A stretch of 64,000 nucleotides of DNA from Candidatus Sumerlaeia bacterium (lineage in GTDB: Bacteria; Sumerlaeota; Sumerlaeia; SLMS01; JANRJK01): contig JANRJK010000046.1 of assembly GCA_033764015.1 (NCBI GenBank), positions 72,782 through 136,781 on the forward strand, in the 5' to 3' direction. The position numbers and the translations under genes are program-made. The notes under the pieces are model-generated. The model had not been told where the DNA came from and made no database searches. It saw nothing but the letters and a program-made list of their open reading frames with translations. This document shows positions 47,331-57,208 of the stretch, piece by piece; positions within the stretch are counted from its first letter, which is position 1; each line of letters begins with the position of its first letter.

Positions 47331-50300
47331 ATGCTCGGCAGCCCCGCCCCCGTCCTCAAGACCTTGGTCCTCACGGACCTCGCGGATAGCACGCGCCTCA
47401 CCGAGGCCCTCGGCGACCGCGCGGCGGCGGAGCTGAACGCGCGCGTGGACGTGCTCCTCCGCGCGGAAATGGTCCGGTTCGGCGGCACCGAGATCGACCG
47501 CTCGGACGGCTTCCTCGTCCTGTTCGAGCGCCCCGTGGACGGCTTGGCGTTCACCCTGCGCGGCCACGCGGTGCTGGCGGAGCTGGCGGCGGAAATCGGG
47601 CGCCCGCTCGCTGTCCGCGCTGCCGTCCACCTCGGCGAGGTCATGATCCGCGCGAACCCGCCGGAGCAGGTCGCCCGCGGCGCGAAGCCCTTCGAAGCGG
47701 AGGGCCTGGCGAAGCCGATGGCGGCGCGGATCATGGCGCTCGCGGTGCCGGGCCAGACGCTGCTCACGCGCGGCGCGTTCGACCTCGCGCGGCGTGGCGC
47801 GGTGGGCGAACAGCTCCTTCCCTCCGGCACGCGCTGGCTTTGCCACGGGCCGTACTCGCTGAAGGGCGTCGAGGACCCGGTCGAAGTCTTCGAGGCGGGG
47901 GTGGAGGGCGCGGCGCCGCTGCGACCGCCGCCGGACAGCGAGAAGGCGAAAAGCTACGCGCCGGTCGACGCCGGGATCGTGCTCGGCTGGCGGCCCTCCG
48001 CCGGCGCGGACATCCCGTCGGCGCCGGGGTGGCGCGTGCTCGAGCGCCTCGGCGAGGGCGGCTTCGGCGAGGTGTGGCGCGCGGCGAAGCACTCGCCCGC
48101 GCCCGGCGGCTCGCACGAGGGCGCGCTGGCCGCGCTCCCCGTCGGCGCCGAACTCGCCTTCAAGTTCTGCTTCGACCTCGCGCAGGCGCGCGCCATGCGC
48201 CGCGAGGCCACCCTTTTCAAGATGCTGCAGGCCCGCTTCGGCGAGCACCCGCACATCGTGCGGCTGGTGGACTTCCAGCTCGAAAGCGCGCCGCTCTTCC
48301 TCGCGATGGAGTACGTCGCCGGTCCGAACCTCGCGGATTGGCTCTTGGACGAAGGGCGCTCCTGGACGCCGCTGCGCCGCGCGCGGCTGCTGGCGCCGGC
48401 GGCCTTCGCCATCGCCGAAATCCACGACGCCGGCGTGCTGCTCAACGACATCAAGCCCTCCAACATCCTCGTCCGGAAGGGGGAGGACGGGAAGCGCCAC
48501 CTGTTGCTGACCGACCTCGGCGTGGGACGCCTCCGCGACCGCTCCGCGCTGGCGGACGGACTGACTCGGACGACGGGGTTCACGCAGGCGACGGTGGCCT
48601 CGCCGGTGGGGGGCAGCGGCTCCGGCGGCGGGACGCTGCTCTTCCTCGCGCCGGAACTGCTCGAGGGCGGCGAGGTCTCGCCCGCCAGCGACGCCTACGC
48701 GTTCGGCGTCACGCTGATGCAGGCGGCGGCGGGCAACCCGCGGCTCGCGGTGTCGGACCGCTGGACGCGCGAGGTGCGCAACTGGCCCACGCGCGGGCTG
48801 GTGCGGCGGCTGCTGCGGGGCGACCCCGCGAGGCGGCTCGCCGACTTCCGCAGGATTTCCCGCCGGATCGAGTCGCTCTCGCGCAAGACGCTGATTCTGA
48901 GGATCGAGGTGGCGTGCGCGGCGCTCGTGCTGCTGGCACTGCTCGCCGCGCATGTCTGGTGGTTCGTCGTGTTCAAAGGGTACGCGGAACGCCGCCTCGC
49001 CCGCGCGGAAGCCGACGCGCGGGCCATCGCGGTCCCCATCACGGGCGACGAGTACAACGCCGCGCATCCCACGACCGCCGAGGGCGAGCGCGCAGTGGCC
49101 GAGGCCGCGCACGTGTTCCGCATGTTCGCCCCGATCCCGAAGGCCGTGGACAGCTTTTCGGGGACGGTCCCCGACCAATACCCCCCGCCGGGGGGGCCAG
49201 GCGCGGCCTTCCTTGCCAACTGGGGCCTGCTTGGCCCGGGCTTCTTCGATACGGTTCAGGCCGCCGTCGAAGTCTCCAACTCCCGCCCGGCACTCGAGCG
49301 CATGCTCCTGCTCTCGCGCGACGGACCGCCGATCGACCTCCTGAGCTGGCGCTTCGATCCCGATGCACCCGCCCCGCTGGAGTCAAGAACCCGGCAGTTC
49401 GGCCAAATCGACCCGGGCACTGCCCGGGGCACGGTCTTCAGCGACCTCCGCGGGCAGGGGCGGACCATCCAGCCGGTCTGGATCGCCGAGGCGCTCGACC
49501 GCGGGTCGGTCGGCGATGCCTGGGAGCGGGCTCTGGCATTCCAGTACTACGCGCGGGCGCAGGGCGCGAACGCGACGATTTTCGTCCACACAATGATCGG
49601 CATCGTGCTCGAGGGCCTTTCGCAAACCGCCGCACGCCAGCTCTTCGAGGAGGCGCCTCCCGGGGAGGCGCACGCCAAGTTGGCGGCGCAGCGCTTCGAC
49701 GCGGCCAGCCTCGCGGGGTTCTACGAGCGCGGCTTCCTGACCGAGACCCTCGGTATGCGGGGGGTGTTAGAGTTCGCGGCGAAGCGCCGCCGCACTGTGC
49801 CGAGGAGTTGGGGGGGCGGGACGAGCTTCCGCGACGTGGTTTCGGGGATCCGCGGGGGCGCCCCCGCCGGGGCGGGAGTCTATTCGCTCAAGGAGAGCTT
49901 GGTTTCGGAGATTACCCACACCTACACCGCGCCGCTTTCGCTCGAGGCCTTGGCGATGCACACCGAGTTCACCGGAGTCAGCGTCGGAAGCTGGCGCCGG
50001 GGGCCGCTCCGTTCCGACTACCAAGAGCTTGAGGATGAATGGTTTTCACAACCCATCGCCGTCATGGCGATCCCGGGCACCGCAAGGGCCGCAGCGACCA
50101 CCAGGTCCTCCATGACCCATAGCGAAGTCATCCGCGCCCTCGCCCTGCTGCGCCTCGACGAGCTCGCCGCCGCTCCCGGAACCTGGCAGCCCCCGGAGCG
50201 CCTCGACGAGTTGTTCGAGCGCCACGGCTACCCGCCGCCGCGCGACTGGACGGAACCGAAAGGCACCCCGCCCCCGCTCGCATACCAAGTCGATGCCGAT

Positions 50301-50657
50301 GCCGGGCTGGTCGTCTTCACCATCACGAAGGACCTCCTGCCGCCTCCCCGCCCGACTACCCAGTACGGGACCCGCTCCCACGCCGCCCCCGTCGGGGCGC
50401 AGCGGCTCGATGCCGTGGTGGCCTCCCACGCCGCCGCCGGCGCGGAGGACCCTTGGCCGCGCGTGGTTCTGCGGCTGCCCTCGGGCCGCGAGCTTCCCGT
50501 GCGCGTGCTGCCGTCGCTGGCGAAGCAACTGGCCGTGCCGGACGCCCTGCCGCCCGGCACGGAGGTCTCCGTCCGCAAGCGCCCGCGCCACCACGAGGGC
50601 TCACTGGTCTTCGAGGCGATCGCCACCGGCGACCTCGCCCCCGCCGCAAGCCCTTGA
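47331..50657 (+). CDS. Multidomain signalling protein: class III adenylyl/guanylyl cyclase domain, Ser/Thr kinase domain, TM segment and a ~560-aa C-terminal domain
   Basis: The cyclase homology domain is LVLTDLADSTRL (metal Asp), SDGFLVLF (second Asp) and AVHLGEVM. The kinase has LGEGGFGEVWRA, LLNDIKPSNILV and DLGVG. The TM is LILRIEVACAALVLLALLAAHVWWFVVF. The C-terminal region has no recognised motif. Confidence 0.7.
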   Translation: MLGSPAPVLKTLVLTDLADSTRLTEALGDRAAAELNARVDVLLRAEMVRFGGTEIDRSDGFLVLFERPVDGLAFTLRGHAVLAELAAEIGRPLAVRAAVHLGEVMIRANPPEQVARGAKPFEAEGLAKPMAARIMALAVPGQTLLTRGAFDLARRGAVGEQLLPSGTRWLCHGPYSLKGVEDPVEVFEAGVEGAAPLRPPPDSEKAKSYAPVDAGIVLGWRPSAGADIPSAPGWRVLERLGEGGFGEVWRAAKHSPAPGGSHEGALAALPVGAELAFKFCFDLAQARAMRREATLFKMLQARFGEHPHIVRLVDFQLESAPLFLAMEYVAGPNLADWLLDEGRSWTPLRRARLLAPAAFAIAEIHDAGVLLNDIKPSNILVRKGEDGKRHLLLTDLGVGRLRDRSALADGLTRTTGFTQATVASPVGGSGSGGGTLLFLAPELLEGGEVSPASDAYAFGVTLMQAAAGNPRLAVSDRWTREVRNWPTRGLVRRLLRGDPARRLADFRRISRRIESLSRKTLILRIEVACAALVLLALLAAHVWWFVVFKGYAERRLARAEADARAIAVPITGDEYNAAHPTTAEGERAVAEAAHVFRMFAPIPKAVDSFSGTVPDQYPPPGGPGAAFLANWGLLGPGFFDTVQAAVEVSNSRPALERMLLLSRDGPPIDLLSWRFDPDAPAPLESRTRQFGQIDPGTARGTVFSDLRGQGRTIQPVWIAEALDRGSVGDAWERALAFQYYARAQGANATIFVHTMIGIVLEGLSQTAARQLFEEAPPGEAHAKLAAQRFDAASLAGFYERGFLTETLGMRGVLEFAAKRRRTVPRSWGGGTSFRDVVSGIRGGAPAGAGVYSLKESLVSEITHTYTAPLSLEALAMHTEFTGVSVGSWRRGPLRSDYQELEDEWFSQPIAVMAIPGTARAAATTRSSMTHSEVIRALALLRLDELAAAPGTWQPPERLDELFERHGYPPPRDWTEPKGTPPPLAYQVDADAGLVVFTITKDLLPPPRPTTQYGTRSHAAPVGAQRLDAVVASHAAAGAEDPWPRVVLRLPSGRELPVRVLPSLAKQLAVPDALPPGTEVSVRKRPRHHEGSLVFEAIATGDLAPAASP

Positions 50658-50732
50658 CGGTCGGGGCGCGCCGTGGCCCATTGGGGCCCCGTCCCCGACG
50701 ACAACCAGACGGCCCTCCGAAAGGAATCCCGC

Positions 50733-51932
50733 GTGCTCGATATCACCGAAATGCTCCGCATCACGGTGGAGCGCAAAGCCTCCGACCTCCACATCGCCGT
50801 GGGGCGACCGCCCGTGATCCGCGTGGACGGCAGCCTGATCAACATCGACCACCCGCCGCTTTCCGCCGCCGACACGCGCCGCCTCATCTACGGCATCCTG
50901 ACGGACATCCAGAAGCAGAAGTTCGAGGACGCGAAGGACCTCGACTTCTCGCTGTCGGTCACGAACGTGGCGCGCTTCCGCGTGAATGCGCACTTCCAGC
51001 GCGGCTCCGTCGCCGGCGCCTTCCGTCTGATCCCGAGCCAGATCAAGAGCTTCGACGAGCTGAACCTCCCGCGCCAGGTCTGCGAGTTCCTTTGCTCGCG
51101 CCCGAACGGCCTCACCCTCGTCACCGGGCCGACGGGTTCCGGCAAGTCGACGACGCTCGCCGCGCTCATCGACAAGATCAACAGCGAGCGCGCCTGCCAC
51201 ATCATCACCGCCGAGGACCCGATCGAGTACCTGCACCACCACAAGACCGCGCTCGTCGAACAGCGCGAGGTGAACGAGGACACGATCAGCTTCTCCACCG
51301 CCCTCAAGTACGCGCTCCGCCAGGACCCGGACGTGATCCTGGTCGGCGAAATGCGCGACCTCGAGACGATCTCCGCCGCCATCACCGCGGCGGAAACGGG
51401 CCACTTGGTGTTCTCCACGCTCCACACGGTCGACGTGGTGCAGACCGTGGACCGCGTGATCGACGTGTTCCCCCCGCACCAGCAGGAGCAGATCCGCATC
51501 ATGCTCGCCTCGGTCATGGAAGGCATCATGTCGCAGCGCCTCCTTCCCTCGATCAAGGGCGGCCGCTGCGCCGCGATCGAGATCCTCCTCGGCACGGACG
51601 CCATCCGGAACATGGTGCGCGAAGGCAAGACGCACCAGGTGCCCGCGTTCATGGAGGCGGGCGCCAAGTACGGCATGGTGACCATGGACCGCGCGCTCAT
51701 CGACCTGGTGAAGAAGGGCTCGATCACGCGCGACCTCGCCATCGTGAACGCGCGCAAGCCGGAGGAAGTGAAGAAGGCGATCGGCGGCGGCGGCGGCTCG
51801 ATGTCGTCTTCCGGCATGGGCGGCATGGGTGGCGGCTCCGGCTCCATGGGCGGGCCCCCGGCCGGGAACCCGTACGCCGGCAGCGCGTCGCCGATGGGCG
51901 GCATGGGCGGCGGGAGCTACGGCAAGAAGTAG
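50733..51932 (+). CDS. pilT: Type IV pilus retraction ATPase PilT with Gly/Met-rich C-terminal tail
   Basis: ITEMLRI...ASDLHI..., Walker A GPTGSGKSTT, Asp box, His box and the PilT-specific AIRNMVREGK (AIRNLIRE consensus). An RBS-like AAGGAA lies 6 nt upstream of the GTG. The last ~50 aa are GGGGGSMSSSGMGGMGGGSGSMGG... Confidence 0.8.
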   Translation: MLDITEMLRITVERKASDLHIAVGRPPVIRVDGSLINIDHPPLSAADTRRLIYGILTDIQKQKFEDAKDLDFSLSVTNVARFRVNAHFQRGSVAGAFRLIPSQIKSFDELNLPRQVCEFLCSRPNGLTLVTGPTGSGKSTTLAALIDKINSERACHIITAEDPIEYLHHHKTALVEQREVNEDTISFSTALKYALRQDPDVILVGEMRDLETISAAITAAETGHLVFSTLHTVDVVQTVDRVIDVFPPHQQEQIRIMLASVMEGIMSQRLLPSIKGGRCAAIEILLGTDAIRNMVREGKTHQVPAFMEAGAKYGMVTMDRALIDLVKKGSITRDLAIVNARKPEEVKKAIGGGGGSMSSSGMGGMGGGSGSMGGPPAGNPYAGSASPMGGMGGGSYGKK

Positions 51933-52117
51933 CGTCCCCGGGCCGCGAACCCGTCCGCACGGACCCTCGACGCCCCCGCGCCCCCCGGCGCGGGGGCGTC
52001 GCTCCGTCCGGGGACCCGATCGCGCGTGCGCCCGAACTTTTTCTTGCCGTTGTTCCGGCAGCGGGCGCGCCCTGAAGGGAGCCTCCACCGGAGGCGAATT
52101 CCCTCCGAGGCCCCGCC

Positions 52118-53311
52118 GTGTTCGCCAAGCCCCGTCCGCACACCGCCACCCCGCAGCGCGCGCTCACCGCGAAGGACTGGGCGCGCCGCGCGGCGACCGC
52201 GCACAAGGAAGGTGCGCTCCGCCTCGCGGTGGACTGCGCACGACGCGCGACGCTGTTGTCGCCGCTCAACCCCGACATCCGCGAGCTCTACACGCAGCTC
52301 CTCTACCAGCGCGTCGAACGCGAGATCGCGGGCGAGGCGCTCGAGCCCGCCAACGTCTCGCCTATCCCCGACGATCCCTTCCCGGAGGAGTTCGACCAGC
52401 ACATGGCGCCGCCCCCGGCTCAGCGCCCGGCGCCCCGCCCCATCCCCCGGCACCCCGACGCGCCGCGCCCGCAGCGCCCGCCGCAGCAGCCCGCGGCCCG
52501 CGCGCCGCGCGCCGCCGGGTTCAGCCTCGCCGACCTCGGCAGCGAGTTCGACCACGCCGGCGTGGACGAGGATCCGGCACCGCCGGAGCCCGCGCGCCGC
52601 GCGCGCCGGACGCGGCCGATCGAAACGCCGTTCGACGACGACGCGCCGCGCCGCCGCTGGCTGAAGCCCGCCATCGCCGCGGCCGCCGCGATCCTCCTGG
52701 TGGCCCTCGTCGCCGCGATGCTCCAGCCCGGCGTATCCTGGGGAACGCTTCAAGGCGGGGAGAAAGCGTTCTCGCAGCTCGACGACGTGCCCGCGGAACT
52801 GCGCGAGGAACTGAACAACGCCAACCGGCTCCTGGGCCGCGGCCAGGCGCACGAAGCGGTGTCGGTCCTGCGCGCCGCCGTGGTGAAGCACCCGTCCAAT
52901 TCGGCGGAGGTCAACTCGCGCCTCGCGTGGGCGCTCGCCATGCACGCGAAGTCGCGCTCCGCGGAACGCGACCACACAGGCGCGGTCAAGGCGCTCGAGG
53001 AGGCGACGCGCCTCCTCCCCGGCGAAGCGGAGCTTTGGGAGCAGTTGGGGCGCACCTTCCGCGAACAGGCCGCTTCCACCACGGAGCGCAGCGCCGCGCG
53101 GCGCCAGCTCGCCAGCGCGGAGACCGCCTACCGCCGCGCGCTCGAGCGGCAGAACGACCGCGCCGCCGCCCTGCTGGGCCTCGGCGAAGTCTACGCCGCG
53201 TCCGACGACGCCAAGCGCGCCCGAGAGCAGTTCAACGCCGTGCTGGAGAAAGCCCCGCGCAGCTCCGAGGCGAAGGTCGCCACCGCGAGCCTGCGCCGAC
53301 TTGGCGAATAG
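52118..53311 (+). CDS. TPR-repeat membrane protein
   Basis: N-terminal TPR-like helices, a Pro-rich linker, a TM (IAAAAAILLVALVAAML), then 4-5 TPR motifs to the C-terminus. Confidence 0.55.
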   Translation: MFAKPRPHTATPQRALTAKDWARRAATAHKEGALRLAVDCARRATLLSPLNPDIRELYTQLLYQRVEREIAGEALEPANVSPIPDDPFPEEFDQHMAPPPAQRPAPRPIPRHPDAPRPQRPPQQPAARAPRAAGFSLADLGSEFDHAGVDEDPAPPEPARRARRTRPIETPFDDDAPRRRWLKPAIAAAAAILLVALVAAMLQPGVSWGTLQGGEKAFSQLDDVPAELREELNNANRLLGRGQAHEAVSVLRAAVVKHPSNSAEVNSRLAWALAMHAKSRSAERDHTGAVKALEEATRLLPGEAELWEQLGRTFREQAASTTERSAARRQLASAETAYRRALERQNDRAAALLGLGEVYAASDDAKRAREQFNAVLEKAPRSSEAKVATASLRRLGE

Positions 53312-53323
53312 GGGCGCCCGCCG

Positions 53324-54076
53324 CTACTTCTTCTTGAACAGGCCGCCCAGCTTACCGAGCAGCCCCGGCTTCGCCTCCGCCAGTGCCGCGGCGGCGGGCG
53401 CGGCGGCCTTCGGCGGCGACACCGTCTTCGCGAGCCGCGGCGCGTAGGGATCGATCTGCGCCGCCGCGGCGGACAGGAACGGATCCCCGGGCCTCGAGGG
53501 CGAGCCGAGCGTCAGCCGGGCGAGCGCGAGCGTCGGGTTCTCGCCGTGCGCCACCGCCGCCTGCAGCCGCCCCCAGTCGCTCCCGTCGCCGTAGACGACG
53601 AAGGGGCAGAAGGGCTCCATCGTCCCCAGACCCGCGCGGACCGCGTCCGCGCGCCCGATCGAAATCATGTTCACGGCGTTCTCGAGGAAGGCGATGCTCC
53701 GGCGCAGCGCCGCCAGGTTGTCCGGATCGTTCGTCGCCCACGGCGCTTCGAGGCGGAGCACGCCCTGCCGCGATTTCGACGTGACGCGCCCGCGCAGCGA
53801 GGGCAGCGCGGCGATCCACGCCCAATAGTCGGTCGCCGGCTCCAGCGTGCTGCGCACCTGGTCCAGCCGGAACTCCGCGTCCTCGATCCGCGTGGAAAAC
53901 GAATTCGCGTCGCCGTGCGCCGCGCGCGCCGCGAGGACCGACTCGCCCGGCGCGACCGTGTTCCGCGCGCCGAAGCAGAACAGCCACAGCAGCGGGATGC
54001 GGTCCGGCGAGACGAGGAGCGGCTGCGGCTCGCCGCCGTTCGGTGCGGAGTAGAGGAGCTGGCTCGGGCGGCTCAT
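53324..54076 (-). CDS. Hypothetical protein
   Basis: The 250-aa ORF is MSRPSQLLYS... with a Lys/Gly C-terminal tail. I recognise no motifs and weight the call on coding potential only. Confidence 0.35.
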   Translation of the reverse strand: MSRPSQLLYSAPNGGEPQPLLVSPDRIPLLWLFCFGARNTVAPGESVLAARAAHGDANSFSTRIEDAEFRLDQVRSTLEPATDYWAWIAALPSLRGRVTSKSRQGVLRLEAPWATNDPDNLAALRRSIAFLENAVNMISIGRADAVRAGLGTMEPFCPFVVYGDGSDWGRLQAAVAHGENPTLALARLTLGSPSRPGDPFLSAAAAQIDPYAPRLAKTVSPPKAAAPAAAALAEAKPGLLGKLGGLFKKK

Positions 54077-54212
54077 GGGACGCGGCGTCCGGGCGGGGGA
54101 GTGGGGCCGATAGCTACCGCGGAACCGTGCGGCGGCGCCCCCGCCTGCGAAAGGGGAAAGTGGCGCGCGCGTTGTCTTGCGCCGCGCCCGCATCCGGGCG
54201 AGGAACACCGCC

Positions 54213-55067
54213 ATGATCGTCTACCTCAACGGCGTGTTCAAACCCCTGCTCGAAGCCTCGCTGGATCCCACCGACCGTGGCTTCCTGCTGGGCGAGTCGG
54301 TCTTCGAGACAATCCGCGTCGAGCAGGCGCAGCCGCTCGAGTACGAGGCGCACACGCGCCGGCTCCAGGCGTCCGCCGCGTGGCTCGGCGTCCGGTGCCC
54401 CGGCGCCGCGGAGCTGCTCGAGGTGATCCAGCAGACGGTCGATGCGAACGGCCTCGCCGCGGCGCGCGTGCGGATCACGCTATCGCCCGGCTCCGAACCG
54501 GGCGGCGCGCCGACCCTGCTGGTCGCCGCGCTGCCGATCGACGACGCGCTGCTGGACCGCCAGCGCATGGCGGGCTGGCACGCGCTCACGGTGCAGGAAC
54601 CGGTGAACGAGCGCTCCTCGCTCCGGCGGCACAAGTGCGGCTCGTACCTGGAGCAGGTCCGCGCGCGCCGCCTGGCGCAGGCGAACGGCGCCGACGAGGC
54701 GCTCCTGCTCAACACGCTCGGGCGCGTCGCCGAATGCGCCATGGCGAACCTCTTCGCGGTGCTCGAGGGCGACCTGATCGCCACGCCCCCGGTCGAGGAG
54801 GGCGCGCTCCCGGGCGTGATGCGCCGCCGGGTGCTGGCGCTCGCCGACGAGCTGGGCCTCGACAGCGCCGAGGTGCCACTCACTCCGGAGGACCTCCGCA
54901 AGGCGCAGGAGCTCTTCGCAACCAACGTCATGATCCAAGTGCAGCCGATCGTCACGCTGGACGGCGCGGCGGTGGGTTCCGGCGGGCCGGGGTCGCTCAC
55001 GCGCCAGCTCTTCCGCGCGCACCGGGCGGACGTGGACCGCTACCTGTTCGAGGTGCGGCGTGGCTGA
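54213..55067 (+). CDS. pabC: Class IV aminotransferase / aminodeoxychorismate lyase (PabC-like)
   Basis: MIVYLNGVF...DRGFLLGESVFETIRV... and later E.A.ANLF..L.G.L.TPP..G.LPGV.R match the fold-type IV PLP enzyme signatures. Confidence 0.65.
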   Translation: MIVYLNGVFKPLLEASLDPTDRGFLLGESVFETIRVEQAQPLEYEAHTRRLQASAAWLGVRCPGAAELLEVIQQTVDANGLAAARVRITLSPGSEPGGAPTLLVAALPIDDALLDRQRMAGWHALTVQEPVNERSSLRRHKCGSYLEQVRARRLAQANGADEALLLNTLGRVAECAMANLFAVLEGDLIATPPVEEGALPGVMRRRVLALADELGLDSAEVPLTPEDLRKAQELFATNVMIQVQPIVTLDGAAVGSGGPGSLTRQLFRAHRADVDRYLFEVRRG

Positions 55068-55476
55068 GCGCGGGGGCTGGGACCGCCGCTACGCGGCGCT
55101 GGCGTTGTGCTGCGGGCTGTTCCTGATCGCGCTGGGCCAGCGGCCCGGGCGCGAGGTGCCGCGGCTGGACCTCGGCCTCCCGCTGCCCGGCGACAAGATC
55201 GCGCACTTCCTGGCCTACGGGTTCTACGCGGCGCTGCTTTGGCGCGCCGCGGTGCCGCCCGGCGGTAGGCGCGCGGCGGCGCTCCCCGACCCGGCGGCGT
55301 TCACGGTCTGCGTGGTGGCGGCGACGGGCGCGCTGGACGAGTTGCTGCAAGGCGTGGCGGACCGCGGCCGGACGATGGAGCTGTGGGACTGGGCGGCGGA
55401 TTGCGCGGGGGCCGCGGCGGTGTGCGCGGCGGGCGCCTGGGAGCGGCGGCGGGCCCGCGGTGCTGGAGGAAGGTGA
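55060..55476 (+). CDS. VanZ-like family membrane protein
   Basis: DKIAHFLAYG ... ALDELLQ motifs are typical of VanZ. The 3' end overlaps the tRNA-Ser on the opposite strand by about 13 nt. Confidence 0.5.
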   Translation: MAERGGWDRRYAALALCCGLFLIALGQRPGREVPRLDLGLPLPGDKIAHFLAYGFYAALLWRAAVPPGGRRAAALPDPAAFTVCVVAATGALDELLQGVADRGRTMELWDWAADCAGAAAVCAAGAWERRRARGAGGR

Positions 55477-55553
55477 GAGATTCGAACTCTCGGTGCCCTC
55501 GCGGGCACGGCTGCTTTCAAGGCAGCTGCCTTAAACCACTCGGCCAACCTTCC
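55464..55553 (-). tRNA. tRNA-Ser (anticodon TGA), CCA encoded, long variable arm
   Basis: Manual fold: acceptor GGAAGGT/ACCTTCC, D-arm GCCGAGTGGTTTAAGGC, anticodon stem GCTGC/GCAGC with loop CTTGAAA, variable arm CGTGCCCGCGAGGGCACC, T-arm GAGAGTTCGAATCTCTC. Confidence 0.8.
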
Positions 55554-55607
55554 TCAGCGGTGCGGGACGCGGCGCGATGATCGCCGCGTCCCGCCGGAGG
55601 GAATCAA

Positions 55608-56006
55608 TCAAAAGGCGGCGACGCGCCGGGCGGCGTGCTTGTCCGGCGAGTGCTTCTCGAGGGCGGCGCGGGCGGACTCGACCAGCTTGGTGAAGCCGGC
55701 CGCGTCGTGGATCGCGATCTCGCTGAGCATCTTGCGGTTGATCTGGATGCCGGCGAGGTTGAGCCCGTTGATCATGCGGCTGTAGGGCATGCCGTTCTGG
55801 CGGCACGCCGCGTTGATGCGGGCGATCCAGAGGCGGCGGAAGTTGCGCTTGTTCTGCTTGCGGTCGCGGAAGGCGTAGCGGAGCGCGCGGCGCACCGTTT
55901 CCTTGGCGTTCTGGAAGAGGCGGTGGCGCCCCGAGAAATAGCCGCGGGCCAGCTTGAGCATCTTCTTACGGCGGCGGCGCGAGGCGGGGTTGTTTGTGGC
56001 TCTCAT
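55608..56006 (-). CDS. rplT: 50S ribosomal protein L20
   Basis: ...KKMLKLARGYFSGRHRLF...FRRLWIARINAACRQNG... is collinear with E. coli L20. There is a short C-terminal extension. Confidence 0.9.
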   Translation of the reverse strand: MRATNNPASRRRRKKMLKLARGYFSGRHRLFQNAKETVRRALRYAFRDRKQNKRNFRRLWIARINAACRQNGMPYSRMINGLNLAGIQINRKMLSEIAIHDAAGFTKLVESARAALEKHSPDKHAARRVAAF

Positions 56007-56066
56007 CGGTGGTGGTCCTCGATCGAGGGGAAGTCGGAGTGGCGCGCGGAGGCGTTCGGAGCGGGG

Positions 56067-56261
56067 TTAGGCCTGGAGCAGCTTGATGACGCGGGCGGCT
56101 TCCATGGGGGCCAGCGTTCCGGCCTTCCTCAGGTGGCGCTTCCGCTTCACGGACTTCTTGGTCAGGATGTGGCGGCGGTTCTGCTTGGTGTACTTCACCT
56201 TGCCGGTGCCGGTCACCTTGAAGCGCTTCTTGGTGCCCGAGTGGGTCTTCATCTTCGGCAT
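56067..56261 (-). CDS. rpmI: 50S ribosomal protein L35
   Basis: [21 protein letters not shown]... is a canonical L35, 64 aa. Confidence 0.9.
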   Translation of the reverse strand: MPKMKTHSGTKKRFKVTGTGKVKYTKQNRRHILTKKSVKRKRHLRKAGTLAPMEAARVIKLLQA

Positions 56262-56310
56262 CGGGAATCTCCTTTCGTTGCCGTGTGCGGCGGCTTGCTG
56301 GACCGCGGGG

Positions 56311-56871
56311 TCAGGACTCTTCGGCGTCCGCGGCCTTGGCGGCGGCGGCCTTCGCCTGTGCCTTCTTCTTGGGGCTCATCATGAAGTTGTGGATGCGGCC
56401 CATGCGCTGGATACCCTGCTCGACGTCGGCCACTTCCTTCAGCGACTCGGTCACGTTCTCCACCAGCTCGTGCACGCGCTCGGGCTTGGTGACCTCGCGT
56501 CCGCGCAGGGTGATGGTGAACTTCACCTTGTCGCCCTTGTCGAAGAACTTCCGCGCGTGCCCCAGCTTCGTCTCGAGGTCGTGCTTGTCGATCGAGATGC
56601 GGAGCTTGATTTCCTTCAGCTCCGAGGCGTGGGCCTTCTTGCGCGCTTCCTTCTTTTTCTTCTTCAGGTCGTAGAGGGCCTTCTTGAAATCGTAAATCCG
56701 GCAAACGGGGGGGTCCGCTTCCGGAGCCACCTCCACGAGGTCCAAGCTGGCTTCCTCCGCCTTGCGGAGCGCCTCCTCGAACGACAACACGCCAAGCATC
56801 TCGCCGGTCGCGGAGACCAGGCGGACTTGCGGCGAGCGGATCTGCCGATTCACGCGGGTATCGGGCTTAAT
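56311..56871 (-). CDS. infC: Translation initiation factor IF-3, probable AUU start codon
   Basis: IF3 homology ([29 protein letters not shown] vs E. coli [26 protein letters not shown]) extends upstream of the GTG at 56853. An in-frame ATT at 56871 has an AGGTG Shine-Dalgarno 4-5 nt upstream. AUU starts are the known autoregulatory feature of infC. Confidence 0.8.
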   Translation of the reverse strand: MKPDTRVNRQIRSPQVRLVSATGEMLGVLSFEEALRKAEEASLDLVEVAPEADPPVCRIYDFKKALYDLKKKKKEARKKAHASELKEIKLRISIDKHDLETKLGHARKFFDKGDKVKFTITLRGREVTKPERVHELVENVTESLKEVADVEQGIQRMGRIHNFMMSPKKKAQAKAAAAKAADAEES

Positions 56872-56901
56872 AGGACACCTCCGTCCGTTGCTGCGGGGCC
56901 C

Positions 56902-56939
56902 AAAACAAAAAGGCCTTTGCGTCGAATGGTCGCAAAGGC
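56902..56939 (-). terminator. Rho-independent terminator immediately upstream of the infC RBS
   Basis: On the minus strand the hairpin GCCTTTGCG-(9 nt)-CGCAAAGGC is followed by CTTTTTGTTTTG. Confidence 0.6.
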
Positions 56940-57208
56940 GCTCCGGGCGTTTCGGTTGTGGGGATGGAGCGCGCAGCCCACGGGGCGCGGCGCGATCCGT
57001 CTTGGGGAACCGACCCGTGCCGCAGCCCTCGCGGGGCGCCGACGGGTGAGAAGCCGGAGAGCCTCTACTTGTCCCGCACGCGGCGGGAAATGGAAGGGAA
57101 CCCGCGCCCGCCCCCGCGCGTCAACGCTTTTCGTGCCCTGATGGAGCACAAAGCATCCGGCGATCACGAGGGGCGAGGGGGGGGAGAGCGGGAGCCTCCG
57201 ATGCCCGC

